Shown one piece after another: positions 28,781 through 37,284 of a stretch of 45,112 bases of DNA. Both the position numbers and the translations under genes were made by a program. This DNA comes from Porticoccaceae bacterium (GTDB lineage: Bacteria; Pseudomonadota; Gammaproteobacteria; Pseudomonadales; Porticoccaceae), in NCBI GenBank assembly GCA_002746985.1, contig NVXH01000007.1:151322-196433 (forward strand), written 5' to 3'. The stretch's first letter is position 1, and every line of letters starts with the position of its first letter. Under the pieces are notes generated by a model. It did no database searches. It saw only the letters and a list, made by a program, of their open reading frames with translations, and was not told the DNA's origin.

Positions 28781-29230
28781 ATGAAGTATAAGAGACAAAA
28801 TTCTACCATTATCGCTCTTGTGGCGATTGCCATATTGTTTCTTTTCAATGCTTCAGCAATGTCTGATGATGTGGTTCCAGATGCCGATATTAGAGCGGTT
28901 CAGTTGGTGATTGGAAACCAAATTTCAGCATTTAAAGCGGGTGATCATAAATCGGCATATTCCTTTGCCGCACCCAATGTAAAGCAGGCATTTCCTTCAG
29001 CTAAGGTCTTCATCGGTATGGTGGAAAAGGGTTATAAGCCCCTGTATAACCATTCATCCTATGTGTTTGGTAAAAACACGCTGTCAAATGGCGATGTTTA
29101 TCAGGAGATTATCATTTCCGATGATACTCGTAAGCTGTGGCAGTTCATCTACACGCTGAGTCAGCAGCAAGACTTAAGCTGGAAAGTGACTAACGTAGTG
29201 ATGTACCCCTACGAAGGGACCTCTGTTTAA
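28781..29230 (+). CDS. DUF4864-like exported protein
   Basis: Signal peptide followed by 'VIGNQISAFKAGDHKSAYSFAAP...FIGMVEKGYKPL'. Confidence 0.7.
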   Translation: MKYKRQNSTIIALVAIAILFLFNASAMSDDVVPDADIRAVQLVIGNQISAFKAGDHKSAYSFAAPNVKQAFPSAKVFIGMVEKGYKPLYNHSSYVFGKNTLSNGDVYQEIIISDDTRKLWQFIYTLSQQQDLSWKVTNVVMYPYEGTSV

Positions 29231-29323
29231 TTCTGGTAAGTTTAATTCCAGTAAGTTTAAAATCTCGGCTGATTTTATCAGAGGGCCTTTATCGCAGGGG
29301 CTCGTATCCCAAAGTCTTGTTGT

Positions 29324-31126
29324 TTATTTTTTGTGAGTGTTCTTCCTGGGTGAAGTCGATGGTTTTGTGCCCCTTTCTTTAGATTCACCAGAGCGATCTC
29401 GTGGTTTGCTATCACCAAGGAGACTGAGCTTCATTGGTTGTTGGCAAACACGCACTTTGTTTTTCAAATGCTGGAAAATATCCTTGGGCATTCCACTTGG
29501 AAGATCGACAGTACTGTAATCATCACTGAGTTTGATTCGGCCAATGTTTTGGCTATCAATGCCAGCTTCATTGGCAATGGCACCAACAATATCTTTGGGC
29601 ATAATGCCGTGATTTTTTCCTACTTCCATGCGGTAGGTAACCATGTCGATATCATCGTGTTGTTTGCGATCTTGCCGAGGTCTTTCTTGTCGTCCTCCTC
29701 GTTCAGGCCGTTCGCCTCTTCCTCCACGTTCAGGCCGTTCTCCTCTTCCTCTTCCTCGTTCAGATCGAGCTCCGTGCTCTCCTCTGTCGCGGCCAGACCC
29801 TGTATCCAGAGGTGCCAGGTTGGGGAATAGTGGGCGCTCTTGCTGAAGTTGGGATGCCAGTCCGGCAGCAATGTCAGCCATAGAGAGTTCGTTTTCTTCA
29901 GCTAGTTTTTCCAGAAGCCCCCTGAATTTCTCCAGGTCTTTAACTTCCAGGCTTTGTAATACTCGGTCCTGAAATTGTTGAACCCGCTGGTCGCTGACCT
30001 GTTCCCCTGTGGGAAGCTCCATCAAAGTAAGTGATTGGCGGGTTGATTGTTCAATGGATCGCAATAGCCTGCGTTCCTTTGGGGCAACAAACAGAATGGC
30101 CTGGCCTTCACGACCTGCGCGGCCAGTACGACCAATACGGTGAACATAGGCTTCATTATCGTAGGGGATGTCGTAATTTACTACATGGCTAATACGTTCT
30201 ACATCCAAGCCGCGGGCAGCGACATCCGTGGCGACAACAATATCTACCTGGCCTCTTTTTAGCCGGTTGACCGTACGCTCACGTAAGGTTTGGCTGAGAT
30301 CACCATTCAGCGCGGCTGCAGAAAAACCACGGGCTTCCAGCTTTTCTGCCACTTCCGCAGTGGCAGACTTAGTGCGGACAAAAATGAGCATGCCGTCAAA
30401 ATCTTCTACTTCCAGAATGCGGGTAAGTGCTTCCATTTTCTGGTGACCCTTAACCATCAGGTAACGTTGTGTAATACGCTCAACAGTTTTGGTTTTGGAG
30501 ACGATACTGATTTCTTTTACATCCCCCAGGTATTTTTTAACAACCCGACGGATTGTGGGTGGCATGGTTGCCGAGAAAAGGGCTCGCTGACAAGTATCAG
30601 GGGTCTCTGCCAGAATAGTTTCGACATCATCGATAAAGCCCATACGTAGCATTTCGTCGGCTTCATCTAGTACCAAAGCGTTAAGCTCGTTGAGCCTTAG
30701 GCTGCGGCGTTTAATGTGATCAAGTATACGGCCAGGTGTTCCCACAATAACCTGGGCTCCCCGTTGTAAACCGCGTAATTGTCCACGTATATCTGTACCG
30801 CCATAGACAGGCAGTACATGAAATCCTTTAAGGTTACGGGCATAGGTTTGAAAAGCTTCAGCCACCTGAATAGCCAGCTCGCGGGTTGGGGTGAGCACCA
30901 AAATTTGTGGTGTTTTTTGGCTGCTATTAATGCGACTCAACAGTGGCAACGCAAATGCGGCTGTTTTACCAGTACCAGTTTGGGCTACGCCAAGTAGGTT
31001 CTCTCCGCTCAGGAGTATAGGAATACTTTGTGCCTGAATGGGGGTGGGCTGTTCATACCCCAGTTGTTGAACGGCTTTAAGCACCGGACTGGTGATGCCT
31101 AGTGATTCAAAATCGGGGGATGACAT
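29324..31126 (-). CDS. deaD: DEAD-box RNA helicase DeaD/CsdA
   Basis: Q motif (PTPIQ), TGTGKT, PTRELA, DEAD, SAT, 'VAARGLD', HRIGRTGR, an RGG-rich linker and a DbpA-type RBD. ATG 31126 (MSSPDF) preferred. Confidence 0.95.
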   Translation of the reverse strand: MSSPDFESLGITSPVLKAVQQLGYEQPTPIQAQSIPILLSGENLLGVAQTGTGKTAAFALPLLSRINSSQKTPQILVLTPTRELAIQVAEAFQTYARNLKGFHVLPVYGGTDIRGQLRGLQRGAQVIVGTPGRILDHIKRRSLRLNELNALVLDEADEMLRMGFIDDVETILAETPDTCQRALFSATMPPTIRRVVKKYLGDVKEISIVSKTKTVERITQRYLMVKGHQKMEALTRILEVEDFDGMLIFVRTKSATAEVAEKLEARGFSAAALNGDLSQTLRERTVNRLKRGQVDIVVATDVAARGLDVERISHVVNYDIPYDNEAYVHRIGRTGRAGREGQAILFVAPKERRLLRSIEQSTRQSLTLMELPTGEQVSDQRVQQFQDRVLQSLEVKDLEKFRGLLEKLAEENELSMADIAAGLASQLQQERPLFPNLAPLDTGSGRDRGEHGARSERGRGRGERPERGGRGERPERGGRQERPRQDRKQHDDIDMVTYRMEVGKNHGIMPKDIVGAIANEAGIDSQNIGRIKLSDDYSTVDLPSGMPKDIFQHLKNKVRVCQQPMKLSLLGDSKPRDRSGESKERGTKPSTSPRKNTHKK

Positions 31127-31292
31127 AGGGGAACCTGTTTGACTTGGGGTGTATAGAAATAGGGGGGCGAAGTATACGCGTATCACCCTGAAGTAGAAAG
31201 AATTATTAGTGATAACGCCCCGTGTTTACTGAAGGTTTAAACGGGGCTTTTAAGGTGATAAAAAGGGTGGGGCAGGTATATTTGTTATGCGC

Positions 31293-31733
31293 TTATTTTG
31301 CTAACAACCGGTCTAGTACATTGGCAAATTTCTGGCGTTCCGTTTTTCCCATGCTGGAAGGCCCCCCACTCACTTCACCAATAGAGCGAAGTTCTTCCAT
31401 CAAATTGCGCATGGCGAGCCGTTGCCGAATATTGGCCTTGGTATAGTGCTCTCCTCTGGGGCTGATAACCTCAGTTTCTTTTTCGATAACTTCAGCGGCA
31501 AGAGGAATATCCTGAGTAACAACAATATCACCCGGGTTAACCCGCTGAGCAATATAGTTATCGGCCACATCAAAACCGCTTTCCACCTGTTGAAACTTAA
31601 TCAAAGGTGATTTGGGGATGCTGAGCTGGTGATTGGCCACCAATGTCAGTGGCACATTACAGCGCTTAGCTGCCCGAAATAGAATTTCTTTAATGGGGTT
31701 GGGACAAGCATCGGCATCTACCCAGATATGCAT
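31293..31733 (-). CDS. yaiI: YaiI/YqxD (UPF0178) family protein
   Basis: 'MHIWVDADACP', 'DVADNYI', 'VVTQDIPLAA', 'SPRGE'. Confidence 0.88.
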   Translation of the reverse strand: MHIWVDADACPNPIKEILFRAAKRCNVPLTLVANHQLSIPKSPLIKFQQVESGFDVADNYIAQRVNPGDIVVTQDIPLAAEVIEKETEVISPRGEHYTKANIRQRLAMRNLMEELRSIGEVSGGPSSMGKTERQKFANVLDRLLAK

Positions 31734-31782
31734 TTATCGTTCTCTTCTTTTTTTGTGGATCATTTTATTTCAGCCAGTAGCC

Positions 31783-33246
31783 TTACAGGATATAGGTTAA
31801 GGTCAATTGAGTCAGCAGGCTGATAAGCAGAATTCCAGTAAGGTTGAGCCAAAAGCCAGCCTTGGCCATTTCTGGAATCGAAATCAGATTAGAGCTAAAT
31901 ACAATGGCATTGGGTGGCGTTGCTACCGGCAGCATAAAGGCACAGCTGGCCGCAATGGTGGCGGGAAGAATAATAGCCAGGGGATTAATTCCCAAACCTT
32001 CTGCCATCACTGCAAAAATGGGGATCAGCGCAGTGGTTGTGGCGGTATTGCTTGTGAGCTCAGTAAGAAAAATAATCAAACTAACCACCATTAGGGTCAT
32101 CACCAGTGGTGGTACCCCCTGCAAAATACTTAATTGGTTGGCTAGTAATTCACCCACGCCGTTGGCGCGAATAGCTCCAGCCAATGCCAGGCCGCCACCA
32201 AACAAAATCAAAACGCCCCAGGGCACCTTAAGGGCTGTGTCCCAATCCATCAAAAATTCCCGTTGTTTCAGATTAACCGGAATACTGAACAGCAGTAGCG
32301 CCGCAATAATGGCGATACCCGTATCACTTAGCCGGGAAAGTGGAGGCCATTCTATTAATAGCGGACGGCAAATCCAGCAGGCAGCGGTCAGCAGAAAAAT
32401 CGTCAGGGTTAATTTTGCGCCCATAGTCCAGGGTTCTGGTTTCTCATCGAGAAAAGAGCGGTCAATGGCCTCATCTCCCGGTGGATAAATCCATTGGGTT
32501 AGCATCCACCAAACCAGGGGTACAAATAACACCACAATAGGCAAGCCAATGGTCATCCACTTGGCAAAACTAATATCTATATCCAGTTCATTCTGAATAA
32601 AAGATACCGTAAACATATTGGGAACAGTGCCAATAATGGTGCCAATACCACCGATGGATGCCGCATAAGCAACCCCCAGTAGCAGGCAGAGGCTAAAGTT
32701 TTTACGATGAGGTGAATCTTTATCCAGCAGGCTGATAATACTCAGTAAAATTGGCAGCATCACCAACGTTGTTGCCGTATTGGTAATCCACATACTGAGT
32801 GTGGCGGCGACAAACATAAAACCACCCACCAGCGTGGCAGGTTTGGTGCCAATGAGCTTCAATACTCTAATGGCGAATCGACGATGTAGATGCCACCTCT
32901 CCAATGCCAGGGCGAGAATAAAACCACCAAGGAACAGAAAAATCAGAGGGTGAGCATAAGCACTGGCAGTTTCCTTAATAGTGCTGGCACCTGTTAGTGG
33001 CATTAGCGCCAGCGGTAATAATGCTGTGGCATAAATAGAAGTAGCTTCGGTCAGCCACCAGAGCGCCATCCAGGCAGCCATACCTGCGGTAGCTCGACCA
33101 GCAGTGCCAAGTACTATCTCTTCACCATTTAGTCCCGCCGCACGTTCAGGTACTAGTGAGTAAACCAATATTGCCAGTAAAGGCCCGGCTAATAGAGCTA
33201 GTTGACGAAATAGATGAATACCTTGGTGTAGTGGAGATGGCTGCAT
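31783..33246 (-). CDS. DASS/SLC13 family sodium:dicarboxylate/sulfate symporter
   Basis: 'SMWITNTAT', 'GIGTIIGTVPN', 'WGVLILFGGG', 'ELTSNTA', 'AFMLPVATPPNAI'. Confidence 0.92.
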   Translation of the reverse strand: MQPSPLHQGIHLFRQLALLAGPLLAILVYSLVPERAAGLNGEEIVLGTAGRATAGMAAWMALWWLTEATSIYATALLPLALMPLTGASTIKETASAYAHPLIFLFLGGFILALALERWHLHRRFAIRVLKLIGTKPATLVGGFMFVAATLSMWITNTATTLVMLPILLSIISLLDKDSPHRKNFSLCLLLGVAYAASIGGIGTIIGTVPNMFTVSFIQNELDIDISFAKWMTIGLPIVVLFVPLVWWMLTQWIYPPGDEAIDRSFLDEKPEPWTMGAKLTLTIFLLTAACWICRPLLIEWPPLSRLSDTGIAIIAALLLFSIPVNLKQREFLMDWDTALKVPWGVLILFGGGLALAGAIRANGVGELLANQLSILQGVPPLVMTLMVVSLIIFLTELTSNTATTTALIPIFAVMAEGLGINPLAIILPATIAASCAFMLPVATPPNAIVFSSNLISIPEMAKAGFWLNLTGILLISLLTQLTLTYIL

Positions 33247-33663
33247 AATTATTGTTATTGGGTGTTGTTATCTTGAGTTGGTACTAAGTAAAACAGAGCA
33301 TACCAACCGCAGCCCCAGATAATAAGAGCAATTAGAAATCGATGATTCAGGGCCGGATTAAAGGGAGTAGCATGTCGATAAGTGCTTATTTCTCCTAGAT
33401 CAGGAGGTTTGCAGTTAGGAAAATGCGGCCTTGTTCATGGGGAAAGTGGTATTAAGTGTTTGATTTTAAAGGGTGTTGAATTATGATCGGTGGCCATGGA
33501 GTGGAAAACAAAAGCAGGGATTAGGCTTCTTTTGCCAAACAACAGAATCCTCCTGTTTACTCCAATCCATTGTAAATAAAAAAATAATAGCCTTAACCGT
33601 AAATCATTTATCCCGAGATAATGGGGCCAAAGTGATATAAGGCCATAGGCTTTTGAATAAGCT

Positions 33664-33670
33664 GTTAGCT
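33664..33670 (+). other. Candidate integron core site (GTTAGCT), possibly an attI remnant, upstream of the DUF2130 gene
   Basis: GTT core 39 bp before the ATG. It is the exact reverse complement of AGCTAAC at the left end of attC1. No attC-like palindrome lies upstream of it. Confidence 0.3.
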
Positions 33671-33709
33671 GTCACTCAGAAAAATTGCAAAAGTAGAGGG
33701 TAAATAGCC

Positions 33710-35119
33710 ATGCACGAAATCATCTGTCCCCACTGTAAGAAAGCATTCAAGATTGACGAAGCTGGGTATGCAGACATTCTGAAACAGGTTCACGATAGCG
33801 AGTTTGAGCAGCAGTTGCACGAAAGGCTTGAGTTGGCCGAGAAAGATAAGACAAATGCTGTTGAGCTTGCCAAGGAAAAAGCTGGCAGCGAAATGCAGAA
33901 GGCAGCAGCAGCCAAGGACACTGAAATTCAAGATTTGAAGGCAAAATTAGAGGTTGGTGAGGTTACGCAGCAACTTGCTGTGACCGAGGCCCTGAAAGTC
34001 GTTGAAAAGGAACGCGACGAATTCGCCAACGAACTAAAACAGGCCAAGCAAGATAACGAAACCGCTTCGGAGCTAGCTAAGGCAAATCACTCAAACCAAC
34101 TACAAGAGACCTCTGCTAAAAAGAATGCAGAGATTCAAGAATTAAAGGCAAATCTCAGCGCTAACGAAATTGCGCAGAAGCATGCAATCACCGACGCGGT
34201 CAATGAAGCTGAGAAGGGGCGGGATCAACTGGAAAGTGACCTTGAACGAGTTACGCTAGAGAAGCAGCTCGCTGAGACGTCGCTCAAAGATAAGTACGAG
34301 ACGCAGATCAAGGATCGAGATGACGAGATTGAGCGCCTCCGGGATATGAAGGCCCGTCTGTCGACCAAGATGGTTGGAGAGACCCTTGAACAACACTGCG
34401 AAACTGAGTTCAACCTTATTCGAGCAACTGCGTTCCCCAAAGCATATTTTGAAAAAGATAATGACGCGCGAACTGGTAGCAAGGGCGACTACATCTTTCG
34501 CGACTCAGATGAGTTGGACACTGAGATCGTGTCGATCATGTTCGAAATGAAGAACGAGAATGATGAAACAGCGACTAAGAAGAAAAATGAAGATTTTCTT
34601 AAAGAGCTCGACAAGGATCGCATTGAAAAGCAGTGTGAATACGCGATCCTCGTATCTCTTCTTGAGCCTGATAGCGAGCTTTACAACTCAGGCATTGTCG
34701 ATGTGTCCCACCGTTACCAAAAAATGTATGTCATTCGACCACAATTTTTTATTCCGATAATTACATTGTTGCGAAACGCTGCCCAAAACTCACTCAAATA
34801 CAAAACTGAGCTAGCTATAGTAAAAGCACAGAACGTTGATGTCACAAATTTTGAGAGCGAGCTTGATGCGTTTAGGACAGGTTTTGCTCGGAACTACGAG
34901 CTAGCATCCAAGAAGTTTAAAACAGCTATTCAGGAGATCGACAAAACTATCGACCATCTTCAGAAGACCAAGGATGCGCTGCTTGGTTCTGAAAACAATC
35001 TTCGACTTGCTAACAACAAAGCCGACGACCTAACCGTCAAGAAATTAACCAAAAAAAATCCCACAATGGCAGCGAAATTCGCTGGGCTCAAGAACGATGA
35101 TAGTTCCGGTTCTACATGA
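33710..35119 (+). CDS. DUF2130 domain-containing coiled-coil protein
   Basis: 'MHEIICPHC', long coiled-coil, '[11 protein letters not shown]', 'GSKGDYIF', 'IMFEMKNE', '[14 protein letters not shown]'. Confidence 0.85.
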   Translation: MHEIICPHCKKAFKIDEAGYADILKQVHDSEFEQQLHERLELAEKDKTNAVELAKEKAGSEMQKAAAAKDTEIQDLKAKLEVGEVTQQLAVTEALKVVEKERDEFANELKQAKQDNETASELAKANHSNQLQETSAKKNAEIQELKANLSANEIAQKHAITDAVNEAEKGRDQLESDLERVTLEKQLAETSLKDKYETQIKDRDDEIERLRDMKARLSTKMVGETLEQHCETEFNLIRATAFPKAYFEKDNDARTGSKGDYIFRDSDELDTEIVSIMFEMKNENDETATKKKNEDFLKELDKDRIEKQCEYAILVSLLEPDSELYNSGIVDVSHRYQKMYVIRPQFFIPIITLLRNAAQNSLKYKTELAIVKAQNVDVTNFESELDAFRTGFARNYELASKKFKTAIQEIDKTIDHLQKTKDALLGSENNLRLANNKADDLTVKKLTKKNPTMAAKFAGLKNDDSSGST

Positions 35120-35149
35120 ATTGTGCTTTACCACTATTGAGCACACGCG

Positions 35150-35196
35150 TTAAAGGGGTTGTAACGATTATTAAATATTCAATCTGACCCCTTTAA
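35150..35196 (+). repeat. 47-bp imperfect palindromic repeat, copy 1
   Basis: TTAAAGGGGTTGTAACGATTATTAAATATTCAATCTGACCCCTTTAA. The perfect IR extends to 13 bp (35147-35159 / 35187-35199). Confidence 0.95.
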
Positions 35197-35363
35197 CGCT
35201 TATTACAGTTACTCAAGTTGTATTTTTAGTCAACGGTGTAAACTTTGCTCGTATATGGGAGGTTACAGAATACAAAGAGTTTTTTATCCCGCTGGCATTG
35301 TTTATATACTCCATGGATCTGTTTGCATACATGAAACGAGCACGGTCGCCCGAAAAAAGCTAA
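35196..35363 (+). pseudogene. 5'-truncated cassette gene (membrane-protein C-terminus)
   Basis: Open frame TLITVTQVVFLVNGVNFARIWEVTEYKEFFIPLALFIYSMDLFAYMKRARSPEKS* begins at the repeat edge with no usable start. Its TAA is inside the AGCTAAC box of attC1. Confidence 0.6.
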
Positions 35364-35444
35364 CAAATACATGCACTCGGACAGCAAAAAGCACCGCTTG
35401 TACCTCGCTCTACTTTTTACTGCCGGTGATGCTAGACGTTATGT
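35358..35444 (+). mobile_element. attC site 1 (87 bp)
   Basis: AGCTAAC...GTTATGT. Inner stem CAT(G)CAC(T)CGG/CCGGTGATG with two extrahelical bases, then CAGCAAAAAG/CTTTTTACTG. Confidence 0.85.
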
Positions 35445-35469
35445 GGATCTAAACCGAATTTTTTCTGTA

Positions 35470-35586
35470 ATGGGAAGGTCAAAAAAAGTTGTACCTGACC
35501 CTACTTATTTCTTACTTGAGGCTACAAAATTTCAAAAGCTAGACGTTAGATTTTGTCCTTGTTGCGGGGGCAACGTTGAAATATAA
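35470..35586 (+). CDS. 38-aa ORF of a mini cassette
   Basis: MGRSKKVVPDPTYFLLEATKFQKLDVRFCPCCGGNVEI*. The stop lies in the ATATAAC box of attC2. Confidence 0.4.
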   Translation: MGRSKKVVPDPTYFLLEATKFQKLDVRFCPCCGGNVEI

Positions 35587-35652
35587 CAAGGTGTTGTTAG
35601 CCACTTCGTGGCTGGGGCAGCCTACGCGTTGCCCCAAACCACGGCGTTAAAT
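35581..35652 (+). mobile_element. attC site 2 (72 bp)
   Basis: ATATAAC...GTTAAAT, with internal hairpins AGCCAC/GTGGCT and GGGGCA/TGCCCC. Confidence 0.75.
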
Positions 35653-35665
35653 ATATAGGTACGAA

Positions 35666-36046
35666 ATGGAATATTTTCTATTAGCAATAATTGCTCTATG
35701 TCCTCTTGTTGTAGCAGGACTATTTTCGGCATTATCAAAGAGCTCTATTGACTCAAAATTTGAGTTCATTTTAATCGTATTGTCTTGTTACGGTATCTAT
35801 TACATGACATTAGTGGTTTATGGCCATTTGGAGAAAATTTTCGAAAACTATATGTATTTAAACTGTGGTTATACAGGTGAACAGCTTTCCCCCTGTAGTG
35901 AAGTTCTATATCTATTAGATAAATTTGTTGCCAATTGGCTCTTTGTCATCAGTGTGCTCTTGTCTATTAGTTTACAAATTTATCTGCTCTACAGTATTCA
36001 GAAGCGTAATATATTTAACAAGTCAAAGCAGTCAGGGACAAGCTAA
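35666..36046 (+). CDS. Cassette-encoded hypothetical membrane protein, 126 aa
   Basis: Three hydrophobic segments. Starts 13 bp after the attC2 core and runs into attC3. No family recognised. Confidence 0.7.
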   Translation: MEYFLLAIIALCPLVVAGLFSALSKSSIDSKFEFILIVLSCYGIYYMTLVVYGHLEKIFENYMYLNCGYTGEQLSPCSEVLYLLDKFVANWLFVISVLLSISLQIYLLYSIQKRNIFNKSKQSGTS

Positions 36047-36073
36047 CGCTTTCCCCTGTTTGAGGCGTTATGT
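36013..36073 (+). mobile_element. attC site 3 (61 bp)
   Basis: ATTTAAC...GTTATGT with stem TCAAA(G)CAG/CTGTTTGA. ATTTAAC is the exact complement of the preceding core GTTAAAT. Confidence 0.85.
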
Positions 36074-36148
36074 GGATCTAAATCGAGGTTTTTTTGAAGA
36101 AATGTGATGTAATTGGAATAATCTTAAAGAATTACCCAGACACAATAA

Positions 36149-36634
36149 ATGGTTTCTATGCAGTCTTTTAGTACTCAATTTATCTTATCTCGAGATTACC
36201 TTGCTGAGTGTTTTGATCAGTCTTTACCCTATAGAAAAAATGCCAAGCTCAATTATCTATTTCCTGCATTATTGTTTGCTGCTGGTGCGGGATTACTGAT
36301 TTTTACTGAGCAAGCTAAGGTCGTAGGTAGTATTTTAATCGCGTTGGCTGTGCTGGAGCTGATTCATATTCGATTTCGACGAGCTTGGTGGTTAACACGG
36401 CAGATGTGGGGGAAAAGTTCTGGCGGTGAGGTAAAATTAACCATAGATGAAAATGGGATCCAAACACAGAACGCCTATACGCAAACAACGCTATTGTGGG
36501 CAGATGTTGAGCGCGTTATAGAAACCGATTTAGGGCTTATTCTGGTGGCTAAAGCTGGAGGTCAGCAGTACCTGTCTAAATCGTTATTTTCTGTTGAGTT
36601 GATAAGCAAGATTGTTGCGAGGAATAAGGATTAA
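36149..36634 (+). CDS. YcxB-like family membrane protein (cassette gene)
   Basis: Two TM helices, then 'LTIDENGI...LLWADVERVIETDLGLIL...QYLSKSLF'. Confidence 0.72.
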   Translation: MVSMQSFSTQFILSRDYLAECFDQSLPYRKNAKLNYLFPALLFAAGAGLLIFTEQAKVVGSILIALAVLELIHIRFRRAWWLTRQMWGKSSGGEVKLTIDENGIQTQNAYTQTTLLWADVERVIETDLGLILVAKAGGQQYLSKSLFSVELISKIVARNKD

Positions 36635-36685
36635 CATTCACTTCAATAAAAATTGAAATCGCTCCTATAATGCAGCTAATACAGT

Positions 36686-36692
36686 ACATAAC
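36686..36692 (+). mobile_element. Left box only (ACATAAC) of a truncated attC site 4
   Basis: Exact complement of the GTTATGT that opens this cassette (36067-36073). Repeat copy 2 begins 4 bp later in place of the rest of the attC. Confidence 0.6.
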
Positions 36693-36696
36693 TGAA

Positions 36697-36744
36697 TTAA
36701 ATGGGGTCGTAACGATTATTAAATATTCAATCTGACCCCTTTAA
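36697..36744 (+). repeat. 47-bp repeat family, copy 2 (48 bp)
   Basis: TTAAATGGGGTCGTAACGATTATTAAATATTCAATCTGACCCCTTTAA (one inserted T). Confidence 0.95.
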
Positions 36745-36773
36745 CCGATTTACAACTCCTAGAGACCCAGTTC

Positions 36774-37232
36774 ATGAACGTCACTATAAACGGATATGTC
36801 AGCTATATCTGCAAAAGTTGTAGTAAAGCATACATGGTCGAAAGCCAATCTTTAACTTTTGTAGAAGATACCAGCCCAGAGGCTGAGGACTATAATTATA
36901 TTTGCTACGTCTCTCAAGTTAGCGAAGCCTGCACCTCTTGCGAAAATGATGTGCATATTAAAATTGAAATATGGGAATACCCCGAAGCGGCTATTAACTA
37001 CTCATATTCCGCCATAGAAGGCGCTATCGATATAGAATGCGAGTTTTGTATCGAACACTATTTCGACGAAGCAGCCGCCAAGGAAGAAGACACCGAACAT
37101 GACCCAGAACCCGCCAAAAATACTAAAACCGAGGATGAAAGTAAAAGTACCTATAACTATAACGAAGACACAGCGCGACTCCATGAACCGTCTACCGCTG
37201 AACGCTATATAGATATGTATGACGATGAATAG
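36774..37232 (+). CDS. Hypothetical acidic protein with two CxxC motifs, 152 aa
   Basis: CKSC and CTSC, 'IWEYPEA', D/E-rich tail. Fills the space between repeat copies 2 and 3. Confidence 0.7.
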   Translation: MNVTINGYVSYICKSCSKAYMVESQSLTFVEDTSPEAEDYNYICYVSQVSEACTSCENDVHIKIEIWEYPEAAINYSYSAIEGAIDIECEFCIEHYFDEAAAKEEDTEHDPEPAKNTKTEDESKSTYNYNEDTARLHEPSTAERYIDMYDDE

Positions 37233-37237
37233 AGTAA

Positions 37238-37284
37238 TTAAAGGGGTCGTAACGATTATTAAATATTCAATCTGATCCCTTTAA
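37238..37284 (+). repeat. 47-bp repeat family, copy 3
   Basis: TTAAAGGGGTCGTAACGATTATTAAATATTCAATCTGATCCCTTTAA (one substitution in the right arm). Confidence 0.95.

Noticed and set aside
29226-29260. 15-bp tandem duplication TTTAATTCTGGTAAG/TTTAATTCCAGTAAG
   Set aside because: Two imperfect units between convergent genes, most simply a slippage event.
29694-29766. 27-bp coding repeats in deaD
   Set aside because: They encode the ordinary GERPERGGR low-complexity linker of DeaD proteins.
31844-32488. Long antisense ORFs (e.g. 31844..32488, 26883..27404, 38144..38632, 43596..44045, 6045..6491)
   Set aside because: Shadows on the opposite strand of well-supported genes, with no motifs or RBS support.
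35155-35191. 47-bp repeats as Tn3-family inverted repeats (GGGGTC start)
   Set aside because: The GGGG-to-CCCC span is only 37 bp, too short for two 38-bp IRs. The flanking 5-mers are inverted (TTAAA/TTTAA) rather than duplicated.
35255-35586. ORF-track calls 35255..35452 and 35371..35586
   Set aside because: Both read through attC1. The better-supported frames are the truncated ORF ending at 35363 and the 38-aa ORF from 35470.
35150-37284. 47-bp repeats as a CRISPR array
   Set aside because: Only three copies, separated by about 1.5 kb and 0.5 kb of gene-containing DNA, and no cas genes.
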